From positions 1 to 36,977 of the IMG/VR virus record IMGVR_UViG_3300023240_000005: a stretch of DNA of 36,977 nucleotides; one strand, given 5' to 3'. Positions 14,825 to 23,303 of the stretch are shown piece by piece. Source of the stretch: a virus. How positions within the stretch are numbered: position 1 is the first letter of the stretch; each line of letters begins with the position of its first letter. Made by a program: the position numbers and the translations under genes. Under the pieces are notes generated by a model that saw nothing but the letters and a program-made list of their open reading frames with translations, searched no databases and had not been told where the DNA came from.

Positions 14825-16668
14825 CCGATACCGAATACCTCCGCGAGACGTTCGACGGGATTGTGCAGACACCGTTCCAGGGCGATATTATGGAGTGGTC
14901 GGATGGGAAATTGAAAATCCCGTATTCAGTTCGGTATCCGATTTACATTGCAAGCGAATCGCCTTGGCTGATTGAGACGCTTAGAGCGTTATCAGATCCA
15001 AAGATTCGGCGCGTCGATGTGAGGATGCCAGCGGGAGCAGCGAAGTCGCTTATCGGGGAGATCCAGATTGCCCATTGCCTAGCGGAAGATCCGGGATTGT
15101 ATTACTACGTATGGCAAACGGATGATGACGCAAAAGACGCGATGGAGGATCGCATTTACCCGATGATCGAGGCGAACGAATTCCTCGCGAAACGGATGCC
15201 TGTTGATCGGAACAAGAAGCGTGGGATGAAGATCGCGGCCCCGCACATGAGCCTTTACGCGGTGGGGGCAAATCTTTCGGCGGCCCAGTCGAAGCGGGTG
15301 AAGTGGTTGACGATGGAGGAGCCGCACCTTTACGGACCTGGGATGATGACGGCTTTCGAGAAGCGAGTTGAAGGGGTGAAAGATTACAAGATCCTGACCC
15401 TATCGACTGGCAGCGTTCTAGGCGATGAGTCGGACGATTCTTTTAATGCAGGTTCATGCGACGTATGGCAAGTGCCGTGCCCTTATTGTAATCAGTTTCA
15501 AACGATGAGCGATCACAAGGATAGGCTTAGATCAAAAATTGATAAGGATACCTGCGACGAGAACGGGGATTACAACTGGTCTAAAATCCTGCCCACCGTC
15601 CGATATAATTGCGAGCATTGCGGAATGGACTGGCCGACCGATGAGGCTTCAAGAAAAGATCAATCGCAACTAGGCAGATACATCTCTACGAATCCGAACG
15701 CGCCAGAAGATCACAGATCGTTCCACATGGAGGCGGTATCAGTGCATTATTTCCCATTGCCAAAGCTATTGATGGAGAAGATCCGCGCAAGTTACGCGGC
15801 AAAGCGTGGAGCAATGGAGCCCCTGAAGGACTACATTCAGAAACGGAGGGCGATGGCTTGGGATGAATCTCCTATCGACTCCGACCAAGACGCGGCCTTT
15901 GATCGGTCGAAAGGCAACTATCACAAGCGGGAGGATTTTGAGGGAGAGAAAACGCGGTTTATCTGTATCGACAACCAAGCGGGGAAGGCGTCTCGGGGAG
16001 AGGGAGCGCATCGTTGGTATGTGTGTCGCGCGTTCGGCGCGGACGAGTGCCGCCTGATCGATGAGGGCAAGATCACGTCGTGGGAGGAGATGGAGGAGAA
16101 GCGGATTGAGTTGGGGGTTGAGACGGGTCGGACGCTGGTGGACATCGCGTTTGACACGGCGGCGGTGCAGGCTGTGTGCGTTCGCTACGGGTGGATGGGC
16201 CTTTGGGGCGACATGACGAACAAGCGTTCGTTCCCGCATCATGAGCCGGTGACGGTGAACGGGAAGCCCGATAGGCTCACGCGGAACTATCCGTTCTCTC
16301 CGTCGAACATCGGGCATGTGGGGATCGGGAAAGAAGGGATTCGGCGGCAGGCTCGTTACTTTTTTTGGTGTCAGAATCCTATCAAGGACATGTATCATCG
16401 GCTCCGGCTGGGGATGAGTACTTACCGATGGACGGTTCCGCAGGACGTCTCGGAGGATTACCGAAAGCAGACGCAAGCGGAATACAAGACGATCACCATC
16501 GAGAAGAAGACGGGGCGGAAGGTGCGGGCGTATAAATCCAAGGGGGACAACCACCTTGGGGACTGCGACCAGATGTGTCTGGTGTCAGCGATCATGGACC
16601 CGAATCTGAGGGCGTTGCTGTGGGGTGCGGAGGACGAGAAAGAGGATGAGGAGGAAAAAAAGGGTTGA
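14821..16668 (+). CDS. terL: Terminase large subunit, lambda GpA-like
   Basis: 615 aa. P-loop-like MPAGAAKS, acidic LTMEEPH, and the GpA-style zinc module CPYCNQFQ...NCEHCG. Confidence 0.85.
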   Translation: MTDTEYLRETFDGIVQTPFQGDIMEWSDGKLKIPYSVRYPIYIASESPWLIETLRALSDPKIRRVDVRMPAGAAKSLIGEIQIAHCLAEDPGLYYYVWQTDDDAKDAMEDRIYPMIEANEFLAKRMPVDRNKKRGMKIAAPHMSLYAVGANLSAAQSKRVKWLTMEEPHLYGPGMMTAFEKRVEGVKDYKILTLSTGSVLGDESDDSFNAGSCDVWQVPCPYCNQFQTMSDHKDRLRSKIDKDTCDENGDYNWSKILPTVRYNCEHCGMDWPTDEASRKDQSQLGRYISTNPNAPEDHRSFHMEAVSVHYFPLPKLLMEKIRASYAAKRGAMEPLKDYIQKRRAMAWDESPIDSDQDAAFDRSKGNYHKREDFEGEKTRFICIDNQAGKASRGEGAHRWYVCRAFGADECRLIDEGKITSWEEMEEKRIELGVETGRTLVDIAFDTAAVQAVCVRYGWMGLWGDMTNKRSFPHHEPVTVNGKPDRLTRNYPFSPSNIGHVGIGKEGIRRQARYFFWCQNPIKDMYHRLRLGMSTYRWTVPQDVSEDYRKQTQAEYKTITIEKKTGRKVRAYKSKGDNHLGDCDQMCLVSAIMDPNLRALLWGAEDEKEDEEEKKG

Positions 16669-16701
16669 CTGGCGTAGGCGGTTAGGGTATCAACGGGACA
16701 G

Positions 16702-16857
16702 ATGATTTGTCCGCACTGCAATAAGTCCCTGCCCGATTCGACGATTGCCAAGCATTTGGCAGCGAAGGGGGGGAGGAAGAGCAGGCGGAAGATCACGCCG
16801 GAGCAGCAAGCAATGATGCAGGCGGCGAAGGCAAAGAAGAAAAACAACACTAAATAA
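16702..16857 (+). CDS. Small basic CxxC protein, 51 aa; below the ORF-track cutoff
   Basis: Manual translation gives MICPHCNKSLPDSTIAKHLAAKGGRKSRRKITPEQQAMMQAAKAKKKNNTK. Confidence 0.3.
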   Translation: MICPHCNKSLPDSTIAKHLAAKGGRKSRRKITPEQQAMMQAAKAKKKNNTK

Positions 16858-16862
16858 AAAAT

Positions 16863-17423
16863 ATGAAAATTGCAACATGTAACCTGACATCACACGCGCC
16901 ACTCCTGCAAAGCCGGATGCACGCGACGGACAAGCTCGACCGGGAGACCGCTCAGGATTATGAGGAGCGCGTTTGGAAAAACAAGGCGCACATCGACAAT
17001 GACGGGAATGTTTTCATCCCCGGCGTGGCGTTCAAAAAGGCGATGCAAGACGCGGCGAAGTTCCTCAACATCCAGATTCCCGGAAAGGGGAAATCGACCT
17101 ACACCAAGCATTTCAAGTCTGGGGTGATGGTGTTTTCCAACGTGGAGACCGGGAACAAGGAGAGCGACATCCTCAAGCGTCCGATCAACTGCAACTCGGA
17201 TGGGGTTGCGGGTTCTGGCAAGCGGGTTCTGCGGTTTTTCCCGGAACTCACCTCATGGGAGGGGACGCTGATCGTGCATGTCCTGGACGACACGGTGACA
17301 AAAGACATCTTGGAGCAGGTTCTCGTGGCCGCTGGACAGTTCATGGGGGTTGGGGCGTTCCGTCCGCAGAACGGGAATGGCTCCGGGATCTTCGCGGTTG
17401 AGGACATCGAGTGGGATAGCTGA
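16863..17423 (+). CDS. Hypothetical protein with a C-terminal Gly-rich motif
   Basis: ORF of 186 aa ending GQFMGVGAFRPQNGNGSGIFAVEDIEWDS. The repeat array begins immediately after its stop codon. Confidence 0.55.
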   Translation: MKIATCNLTSHAPLLQSRMHATDKLDRETAQDYEERVWKNKAHIDNDGNVFIPGVAFKKAMQDAAKFLNIQIPGKGKSTYTKHFKSGVMVFSNVETGNKESDILKRPINCNSDGVAGSGKRVLRFFPELTSWEGTLIVHVLDDTVTKDILEQVLVAAGQFMGVGAFRPQNGNGSGIFAVEDIEWDS

Positions 17424-17630
17424 TTTTCCACCACAACACTGCACAGCACGGCACCCCACAACACAACACGACACGACAACCGCTTTTCCGGCACCACACC
17501 GCACTGCACTGCACGTCACCCCACAACACAACACGACACGACAACCGCTTTTCCGCCACGCCACGCCACTTCACCCCACAACACGCCACGCCACGCCACG
17601 CCACAACCCGACCCGACACGACAACCCTTC
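17424..17630. repeat. Upstream arm of the C/A-only repeat array: 2 exact 22-mer cores plus 1 degenerate
   Basis: CGACACGACAACCGCTTTTCCG at 17469..17490 and 17534..17555. A degenerate copy lies at 17608..17630. TTTTCC sits at 17424, right after the stop. Confidence 0.9.
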
Positions 17631-17643
17631 TACCAAAAAAAAT

Positions 17644-18132
17644 ATGAACACAGATACCAAGCCAATCGCAACAATCGGCCTCGACGCCCAACTCATCCGC
17701 AAGCGGATCGAGTCAATGGAGGTAGGCGAAATCGTCTCCTATTCCGATCTTGAGGAAATCACCAAGCGTCCCCTGAACGAACTCCGGGGAAGTTTCTACA
17801 CCGCCGCCCGGCAGGTCTTCCGGGAGTTCGGCTGGACGTTCGGACCAGTCAAGGGAGTCGGATACAAGCGCCTCGACGCCGCCGAAAAGCTCGATACCGT
17901 CGAAGGCAAGCGAAAGCACATCCACAAGACGGCGCGTCGGGCGGGAGCCGTGTTGGCTTCGATCAAGGTCTCGGAACTGCCGCAAGAGCAGCAGGTGAGG
18001 CACAATCTTGAGGTGTCATTCGCGGGAGCGATTGCGCTGGCCACCGGGAAGAAAGCCACGCGGTTGATTGCCGAAAAGGCGGCATCGGCTCCACTCCCCG
18101 GCATCGAAGTTCTCTCGCTTTTCGCCAAGTAG
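17644..18132 (+). CDS. Winged-helix-like DNA-binding protein embedded in the repeat array
   Basis: Internal ATG after an A8 leader. IVSYSDLEEITKRPLNELRGSFYTAARQVFREFGWTFGPVKGVGYKRL resembles a wHTH with a GYxRL wing. Confidence 0.55.
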   Translation: MNTDTKPIATIGLDAQLIRKRIESMEVGEIVSYSDLEEITKRPLNELRGSFYTAARQVFREFGWTFGPVKGVGYKRLDAAEKLDTVEGKRKHIHKTARRAGAVLASIKVSELPQEQQVRHNLEVSFAGAIALATGKKATRLIAEKAASAPLPGIEVLSLFAK

Positions 18133-18730
18133 CTTTTCCGCCACTGCACTGCACCCCACTTCACTTCACTTCACAACCCGACACGACCCGACACGACAAC
18201 CGCTTTTCCGTCACAACACATCACAGCACACCACACAACACCACACCACAACCCGACCCGACACGACAACCGCTTTTCCGGCACCGCACGGCACAGCACA
18301 TCACCCCACATCACAACCCGACACGACAACCGCTTTTCCGACACATCACGGCACTCCACCACACTGCACTACACCTCACGCCACGACCCGACCCGACACG
18401 ACAACCGCTTTTCCGTCACAACACATCACAGCACTTCACATCACCTCACTACCCGACCCGACACGACAACCGCTTTTCCGCCACGCCACAGCACTTCACA
18501 TCACCTCACTACCCGACCCGACACGACAACCGCTTTTCCGACACCCCACTGCACTTCACACCACTTCACCCCACAACACAACCCGACACGACAACCGCTT
18601 TTCCGGCACCTCACCGCACTGCACCGCACGTCACCCCACAACACAACCCGACACGACAACCGCTTTTCCGCCACGTCACTGCACTGCACCCCACTTCACT
18701 TCACTTCACAACCCGACCCGACACGACACG
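18132..18730. repeat. Downstream arm of the C/A-only repeat array: 8 exact 22-mer cores plus truncated and degenerate ends
   Basis: Cores start at 18189, 18259, 18319, 18394, 18459, 18519, 18584 and 18649, spaced 70/60/75/65/60/65/65 bp. The variable segments are phased NCACN pentamers. Confidence 0.9.
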
Positions 18731-18743
18731 CCCCCCCGAGCCG

Positions 18744-19763
18744 TTAATAAATCACCCTTGCGTCAACCACCGAATCCGCCGAGTTCGTGTTCTCGGTGAC
18801 GATGAAGCGCAGGAACTCGGTCGGCAGGGTGAACAGCGCGAACGTGGTTGTCCCCGCCCCTAGCGTCAACTCCCCCTCCTCCGTGTCGAGCCAGTTGACT
18901 TGATCCGTCGCGGTCTGGAACTTGACCTTGATCGCCAGCTCGTTGTAGATGCGGTAGGCGGCGATCCTCCCGCCGACTGCGACCGTTACCGACGTTGCCA
19001 GAAGCTTTCCTGGGAGCGTGTCGGTTAGGTGATCCTCGCTGGCAAACGTGATCGAGTTTTCCGTCGTGGCCACGGTGGGGGAAAGCGAAAAGAGCAACGT
19101 CCCGTCCACCCCGCCCATCGCAATCCGCTTTGCGAAGTTGGCAGCCGACTCGGTCATGACGGCCGCGAGTTGGCGCAGGCACGGGACGCGGTCGGTTAGG
19201 GTGACGACGGTGGTGTCCACGGTGGCGGAATAGATCGGATGCGCGAGAGTTCTGGCGAAATAGTCTGGCCCTGAAGTCCCGTCGGCATTGATGGCCCGCT
19301 TGAGTGCCAGCATGGTGTCGGTGGCCGAGGCCCCGATTTGGACATCGTAGGCGGCGGCCATCGTGGTTTTGAATCGGTAGGTCCGCTTAAAGTTTGCGTC
19401 ATCGATGCCCACTACCAGCGTGTCTCCGTCTGAGGGATTGGAAATCGCCGCAACGTCACCAATGGCGGCGGTCCCCTCCGAATAGCATCGGATGTTCCCG
19501 CTGGGCGTTCCGCTGGCCGCGCCACGGGTGATGGCGGTAAATTCTCTGGTGGAAATCTTCTCGGCCAGCCCGTATCCTGTCAAATTGGCGGAAATCGTCT
19601 CAACCTCAGGAGCGTCGCTGATGGTCCCGTAAACCTTGAGCGAGGTCACTTCGGTGGCCAAATCCTGCCGAACAACGATTAGGGTGGCGGCTGCGGGCTG
19701 GGTGGTGATGGGGTTGGCCCCTGACGTTCGGAAGGCGGAGGAGGACATTTCGAGACAATCCAC
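18744..19763 (-). CDS. Hypothetical beta-rich protein, the only convincing minus-strand gene; possible jelly-roll/carbohydrate-binding-like C-terminus; alternative start at 19748
   Basis: ORF of 339 aa containing DGDTLVVGIDDANFKRTYRFKT...IGASATDTMLALKRAINADG. It ends FLRFIVTENTNSADSVVDARVIY. Confidence 0.6.
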   Translation of the reverse strand: MDCLEMSSSAFRTSGANPITTQPAAATLIVVRQDLATEVTSLKVYGTISDAPEVETISANLTGYGLAEKISTREFTAITRGAASGTPSGNIRCYSEGTAAIGDVAAISNPSDGDTLVVGIDDANFKRTYRFKTTMAAAYDVQIGASATDTMLALKRAINADGTSGPDYFARTLAHPIYSATVDTTVVTLTDRVPCLRQLAAVMTESAANFAKRIAMGGVDGTLLFSLSPTVATTENSITFASEDHLTDTLPGKLLATSVTVAVGGRIAAYRIYNELAIKVKFQTATDQVNWLDTEEGELTLGAGTTTFALFTLPTEFLRFIVTENTNSADSVVDARVIY

Positions 19764-19836
19764 TACCCCAAATAATTCGCAAATGCAACAATTTTGCGGT
19801 TGCTAATCCTTAGTAAGTTGATAAGGGTAGTCAACA

Positions 19837-20100
19837 ATGGCAGTCAAGCAGACCTTGGTTGGGCTGGATGCAGCTGATTTAGAGGCGATTAGAGACGCCT
19901 GCAAGGGTTGCATCATCGCCCAGACAGTCCGAGGGGTGTCATACACCATCGCGGGGAGAAGCTTCTCTTTCCCCTCCTTGGAGTCTGCGGCCAACATGCT
20001 CCAAGAGGCAAATTACGCCCTTGGACTGCTTTCTGGGACCTTCGCCCAGGTGGTCAGGGCCAACTTCAATCCCGGCATGGGTAGGGGGAGGCGCGGATGA
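19837..20100 (+). CDS. gpW-like head-tail joining (head completion) protein
   Basis: Small protein immediately upstream of a lambda-type portal and ATGA-coupled to it. LEAIRDACKGCIIAQTVRGVSYTIAGRSFSFPSLESAANMLQEANYAL resembles the lambda W pattern. Confidence 0.5.
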   Translation: MAVKQTLVGLDAADLEAIRDACKGCIIAQTVRGVSYTIAGRSFSFPSLESAANMLQEANYALGLLSGTFAQVVRANFNPGMGRGRRG

Positions 20101-23100
20101 AAGAGTTCCGCCCAAACCTCCTAGACCGCGCCGTCTCGGCCATCGCCCCCGCAGCAGGGATGCGTCGGATGGCGGCGCGGCAAGCTCTCCACCTGCTCAG
20201 TTACGACGGGGCGCGGCAATCCACAAAGCGATCCTCCGCCCCCCAAAACATCTCCCCGAACAGCTTCGATGTCCAGCGGGACCGATTGCAGCTCATGCGG
20301 GAGGCCGAAGACCTAGAGCGGAACTTTGCCCCAGCAAAGCACCTCAACCGGAAATATGCGCTCTATACCTCCCCGATCAGCTACCATGCGGCAACGGGTG
20401 ACAGCGGGCTAGACAAGGAAGTTGAGGCGTATCTGAACGATGAGGTTTTTCCGAATTGCGATGTCACCGGCCGCTTCGATTTCTTCAAAATGATGGAGTT
20501 CGGGGTGATGGGGTGCAATCGGGGAGGAGATTACGGATGGGCGTTTCTCCGCCCCGAGTTGGAAGAGGGGATGAGCGAGGAGGAGGCGTTGCAGCTCGAC
20601 CTAAAGATTCAGGCGGTTGAGCCGGATCGTATCGGCGGGATCTATCAGAACGTAGTTTCCAACGACTATGTTTCTGGATGTATCATCGGGGCCTATGGAG
20701 GGATTGACGCCTTCCGCGTGTTCCATCGGAGCATGACGACGAGCGTTTACGACAATCCCGTGGACATCCCGGCTGACCAGTTCGTGCATTTGGTTGACCC
20801 GATGCGGATCGACATGTATCGGGGTGTTTCTGTCCTCTCGACCGCCGTCCAGAATCTGCGGGACATCTACGAGATGGTGGACTCTGTTAAGGGCAAGGCG
20901 AAGTTGGCAAGTGCTCTAACAGTATTTACAAACTCCAACGGGGCCACGGTGGGAAGCGGGGCATTCGACCCCTACGGGACGACGGTTGACCAGTCTGGTG
21001 GATCGTCAGCATTGCAGCAGGACATCGCATTTGGGCAAATCAACCACCTTGCGGCGGGTGCGGACATCAAGTTTCCAACCAGCAATTCCCCTTCTTCCGA
21101 GGAGCAGGCGCTGATTACCCTGCTCCTGAAGTTTGTGGCGATGAGCTACGGGCTCCCCTACTCTTTCGCGCTGGACGCATCAACCCTTGGCGGCGTCAGC
21201 AGTCGCCTAGAGTCCGAGATGGCCAAGGCTGAATTTGAGCGCGGCCAGCGCGTCCTTTCGCCGCACGCCCATCGGATTAAGAACACGTTCCTGATTGACG
21301 CCATCGCCAAGGGGGTTTTCCCCATCGAGGTGTTGGGACAGATCACGAAGGGGCGTTGGGGATACAGACCGCATCCTCAACCCGACATCGGCAAGGAAGC
21401 GTCAGCGGCCGTCAATCTCTACCAGAGCGGCCTTCTCGACCCGATGAAGCATTGGGTGGACAACGCGCAAGACCCCGAGGCGGTGGCGGATGCGATGGCG
21501 CGTTGGGCGATCATCAAGCGCGACACGGCCAAGCGGCATGGCCTTGACGAGCAGGCTGTATTCGGGGCAGGTCCAGCGAAGCCTCTATCCCAGACGGAGA
21601 GCGCCACCGAGAGCACGACCATTGACGCTGCCAAAAAGGAGCTTTCCCGCCACGAATTCGCCAAGGAATCAACCGAATCGATGCGGCAGCGCGTGGCCGA
21701 CAAAGAGAAGGCGGGCAAAGACGTTGCATCCGAGAAGGAGGCATTGATTGCGGACTTGCGATCAAAGGAATCCAGCGGGGCCGATGCAAAGGAAATCCAA
21801 GCGGGGAGGGTGGCAATTGACCGCATTAAAAGCGATTTAGAAGACGCCTATGGGGAGCTTCGCAGGGCCAGGGCGATTCTGACGAAGCGGGAGACAGATG
21901 AAGGAGCAACCGACAAAGCAAAGACGCCGAATAAGGCGAATGCGAAGAATCGGGACGAGATCCACGCCTTTGTCGAGGCGCTGAAAGGGCAAGGATACCC
22001 AGAGCAGGAAGCCTACGCCATCGCCTACGACATCGTGGACAGCGGCAAATTTTCATGGAGCAAGCTACCTGCCAACATTCAGGCGAAATACAATCTGGAG
22101 CGGAAGGAATTCAAATCCAACCCGATCTTCAACGAAGAAGATCATTCTCGGGATGATGACGGCAAGTTCGGTCCAGGCGGAGGAGGCGGAGGAGGATCTA
22201 GCAGCAAGGACGATACTAAATCCAGAGCAGACTACAGAAGCTCCAGAGCATCCGTAGGAAATATGAAGCAAGCTAAAGTTACAGGTGAAGGAGAGAACGC
22301 AACTCTAACGATGAGCGATGGGAGACCTCTGCCTGCTCATATAAAACCTTCGATGATACCCCCAGCGTATCGTCATGATATGCAAATCGCGACAGACAAG
22401 GATTCTGATGTTTGGGCAATCAGCCGAGACGAAAAAGGAAGCTCCAAGAGGGTATATAACCCTGCTTACTCGGAAAGGCAGAAAGAGACCAAATGGGCAA
22501 GAGTGAATAATGGAGTTGCTGAGTCACAAGCAATCCGCTCTAAGATACATAACGACATCAATCAGGGAGAGAACAAGGAAGAGGCGGCTGCGACATGGCT
22601 CATGTCAATGCAGGCGACTCGGCCCGGAAGTGAGAGTGACACCAAGGGGAGCAAGGCACTATGGGAAGTGCCGATCACAGCGGAGAACGTAACCATCATC
22701 CCCTCGAAAAACTCCAAGGATCTACCGAAAGTAGTTCTTCAGGTTGGAGACGATCAGATTCCGATCAGGGACGAAGCAGCAAGGAGGGAAATTCTATCCC
22801 GTGTCGAGTCTGGCAAAGAATTTAGGGACGCGGGATATTGGATTAAATCCTACGGAGCAACAACGCTAGAGGGCAGGCACGTTATTCCAGACGGCGACGG
22901 GGTGAGGTTGCAGTTCATGGGCAAGGAGGGGGTTTGGCATGATCACAAGATTTCTGACCAGAACCTTGCGAAGAATCTGCTGGATCGGAAGCAGCAATCA
23001 GGAGACGGGGGTAAGCTGTTTAATACGGATTACGCCAAGGTTTCAAAATACACCAACTCGCTAGGGAGCGGAATCTACAGTGCTAAAGACCTCCGCACGA

Positions 23101-23303
23101 TTCGCGCAAACGAGCTGGCATCGGACATCATCGGGTCATCGGCGCGAGAGTTTGACTCGGACGCTGACAGGAAAAGCTTCATCAAGGACGTGGCAATCAA
23201 GGTTTCGGGAGTCCTCGGAAATAAACCTCAACAAGCACTTGAATCGTATATCAATCCCGCCGTCTTCGACGCGCTGAAAGTATCTAACAAAAAAGCAGCA
23301 TGA
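20097..23303 (+). CDS. Portal protein (lambda gpB-like) with a long C-terminal extension ending in a topoisomerase-IB-like domain
   Basis: The portal call rests on position and the N-terminal pattern (SYDGARQSTKRS...RDRLQLMREAEDLERNFAPAK). For the C-terminal motifs see the findings. Confidence 0.8.
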   Translation: MKEFRPNLLDRAVSAIAPAAGMRRMAARQALHLLSYDGARQSTKRSSAPQNISPNSFDVQRDRLQLMREAEDLERNFAPAKHLNRKYALYTSPISYHAATGDSGLDKEVEAYLNDEVFPNCDVTGRFDFFKMMEFGVMGCNRGGDYGWAFLRPELEEGMSEEEALQLDLKIQAVEPDRIGGIYQNVVSNDYVSGCIIGAYGGIDAFRVFHRSMTTSVYDNPVDIPADQFVHLVDPMRIDMYRGVSVLSTAVQNLRDIYEMVDSVKGKAKLASALTVFTNSNGATVGSGAFDPYGTTVDQSGGSSALQQDIAFGQINHLAAGADIKFPTSNSPSSEEQALITLLLKFVAMSYGLPYSFALDASTLGGVSSRLESEMAKAEFERGQRVLSPHAHRIKNTFLIDAIAKGVFPIEVLGQITKGRWGYRPHPQPDIGKEASAAVNLYQSGLLDPMKHWVDNAQDPEAVADAMARWAIIKRDTAKRHGLDEQAVFGAGPAKPLSQTESATESTTIDAAKKELSRHEFAKESTESMRQRVADKEKAGKDVASEKEALIADLRSKESSGADAKEIQAGRVAIDRIKSDLEDAYGELRRARAILTKRETDEGATDKAKTPNKANAKNRDEIHAFVEALKGQGYPEQEAYAIAYDIVDSGKFSWSKLPANIQAKYNLERKEFKSNPIFNEEDHSRDDDGKFGPGGGGGGGSSSKDDTKSRADYRSSRASVGNMKQAKVTGEGENATLTMSDGRPLPAHIKPSMIPPAYRHDMQIATDKDSDVWAISRDEKGSSKRVYNPAYSERQKETKWARVNNGVAESQAIRSKIHNDINQGENKEEAAATWLMSMQATRPGSESDTKGSKALWEVPITAENVTIIPSKNSKDLPKVVLQVGDDQIPIRDEAARREILSRVESGKEFRDAGYWIKSYGATTLEGRHVIPDGDGVRLQFMGKEGVWHDHKISDQNLAKNLLDRKQQSGDGGKLFNTDYAKVSKYTNSLGSGIYSAKDLRTIRANELASDIIGSSAREFDSDADRKSFIKDVAIKVSGVLGNKPQQALESYINPAVFDALKVSNKKAA

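Noticed and set aside
15766-16554. A 262-aa minus-strand ORF inside terL, and the similar 254-aa minus ORF 23763..24527 inside the protease/scaffold gene.
   Set aside because: They are antisense to well-supported genes and have Arg/Pro/Leu-rich composition typical of spurious antisense ORFs in high-GC DNA.
16863-17423. Possible Cas6/RAMP-like protein next to the array, because of the C-terminal Gly-rich motif GVGAFRPQNGNGSGIF.
   Set aside because: A Gly-rich loop is the only resemblance I can see. The length is short and the rest of the sequence gives me no RAMP signatures. The idea is kept only as something an HHpred run would settle.
17424-18730. CRISPR array interpretation of the 22-mer repeat array. 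The repeat is about 22-29 nt and the spacers 38-53 nt, which is within CRISPR geometry.
   Set aside because: The 'spacers' are compositionally extreme (C/A only) and built from phased NCACN pentamers. They are clearly homologous to each other, and several share identical 19-35 nt stretches. The array is split by a protein gene, and no cas gene is recognisable. It behaves as a degenerate tandem repeat, not as acquired spacers.
18068-18799. A 243-aa + strand ORF, plus minus-strand ORFs 17099..17691, 18171..18362 and 18501..18689, running through the repeat array.
   Set aside because: They are open only because the array lacks T/G (or A/C on the other strand), so stop codons are rare. Unit lengths of 60/65/70/75 shift the frame, so the conserved core is translated three different ways. 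No consistent protein repeat results.
22171-23303. Reading the portal C-terminal domain as the missing tyrosine integrase.
   Set aside because: The motif set (IPPAY, TTLEGRHV, FxGKxG, AKDLRT, LGNKP, SYINP) is the TopIB signature, not the R…HxxR…Y pattern of integrases. It is also fused to a virion protein.
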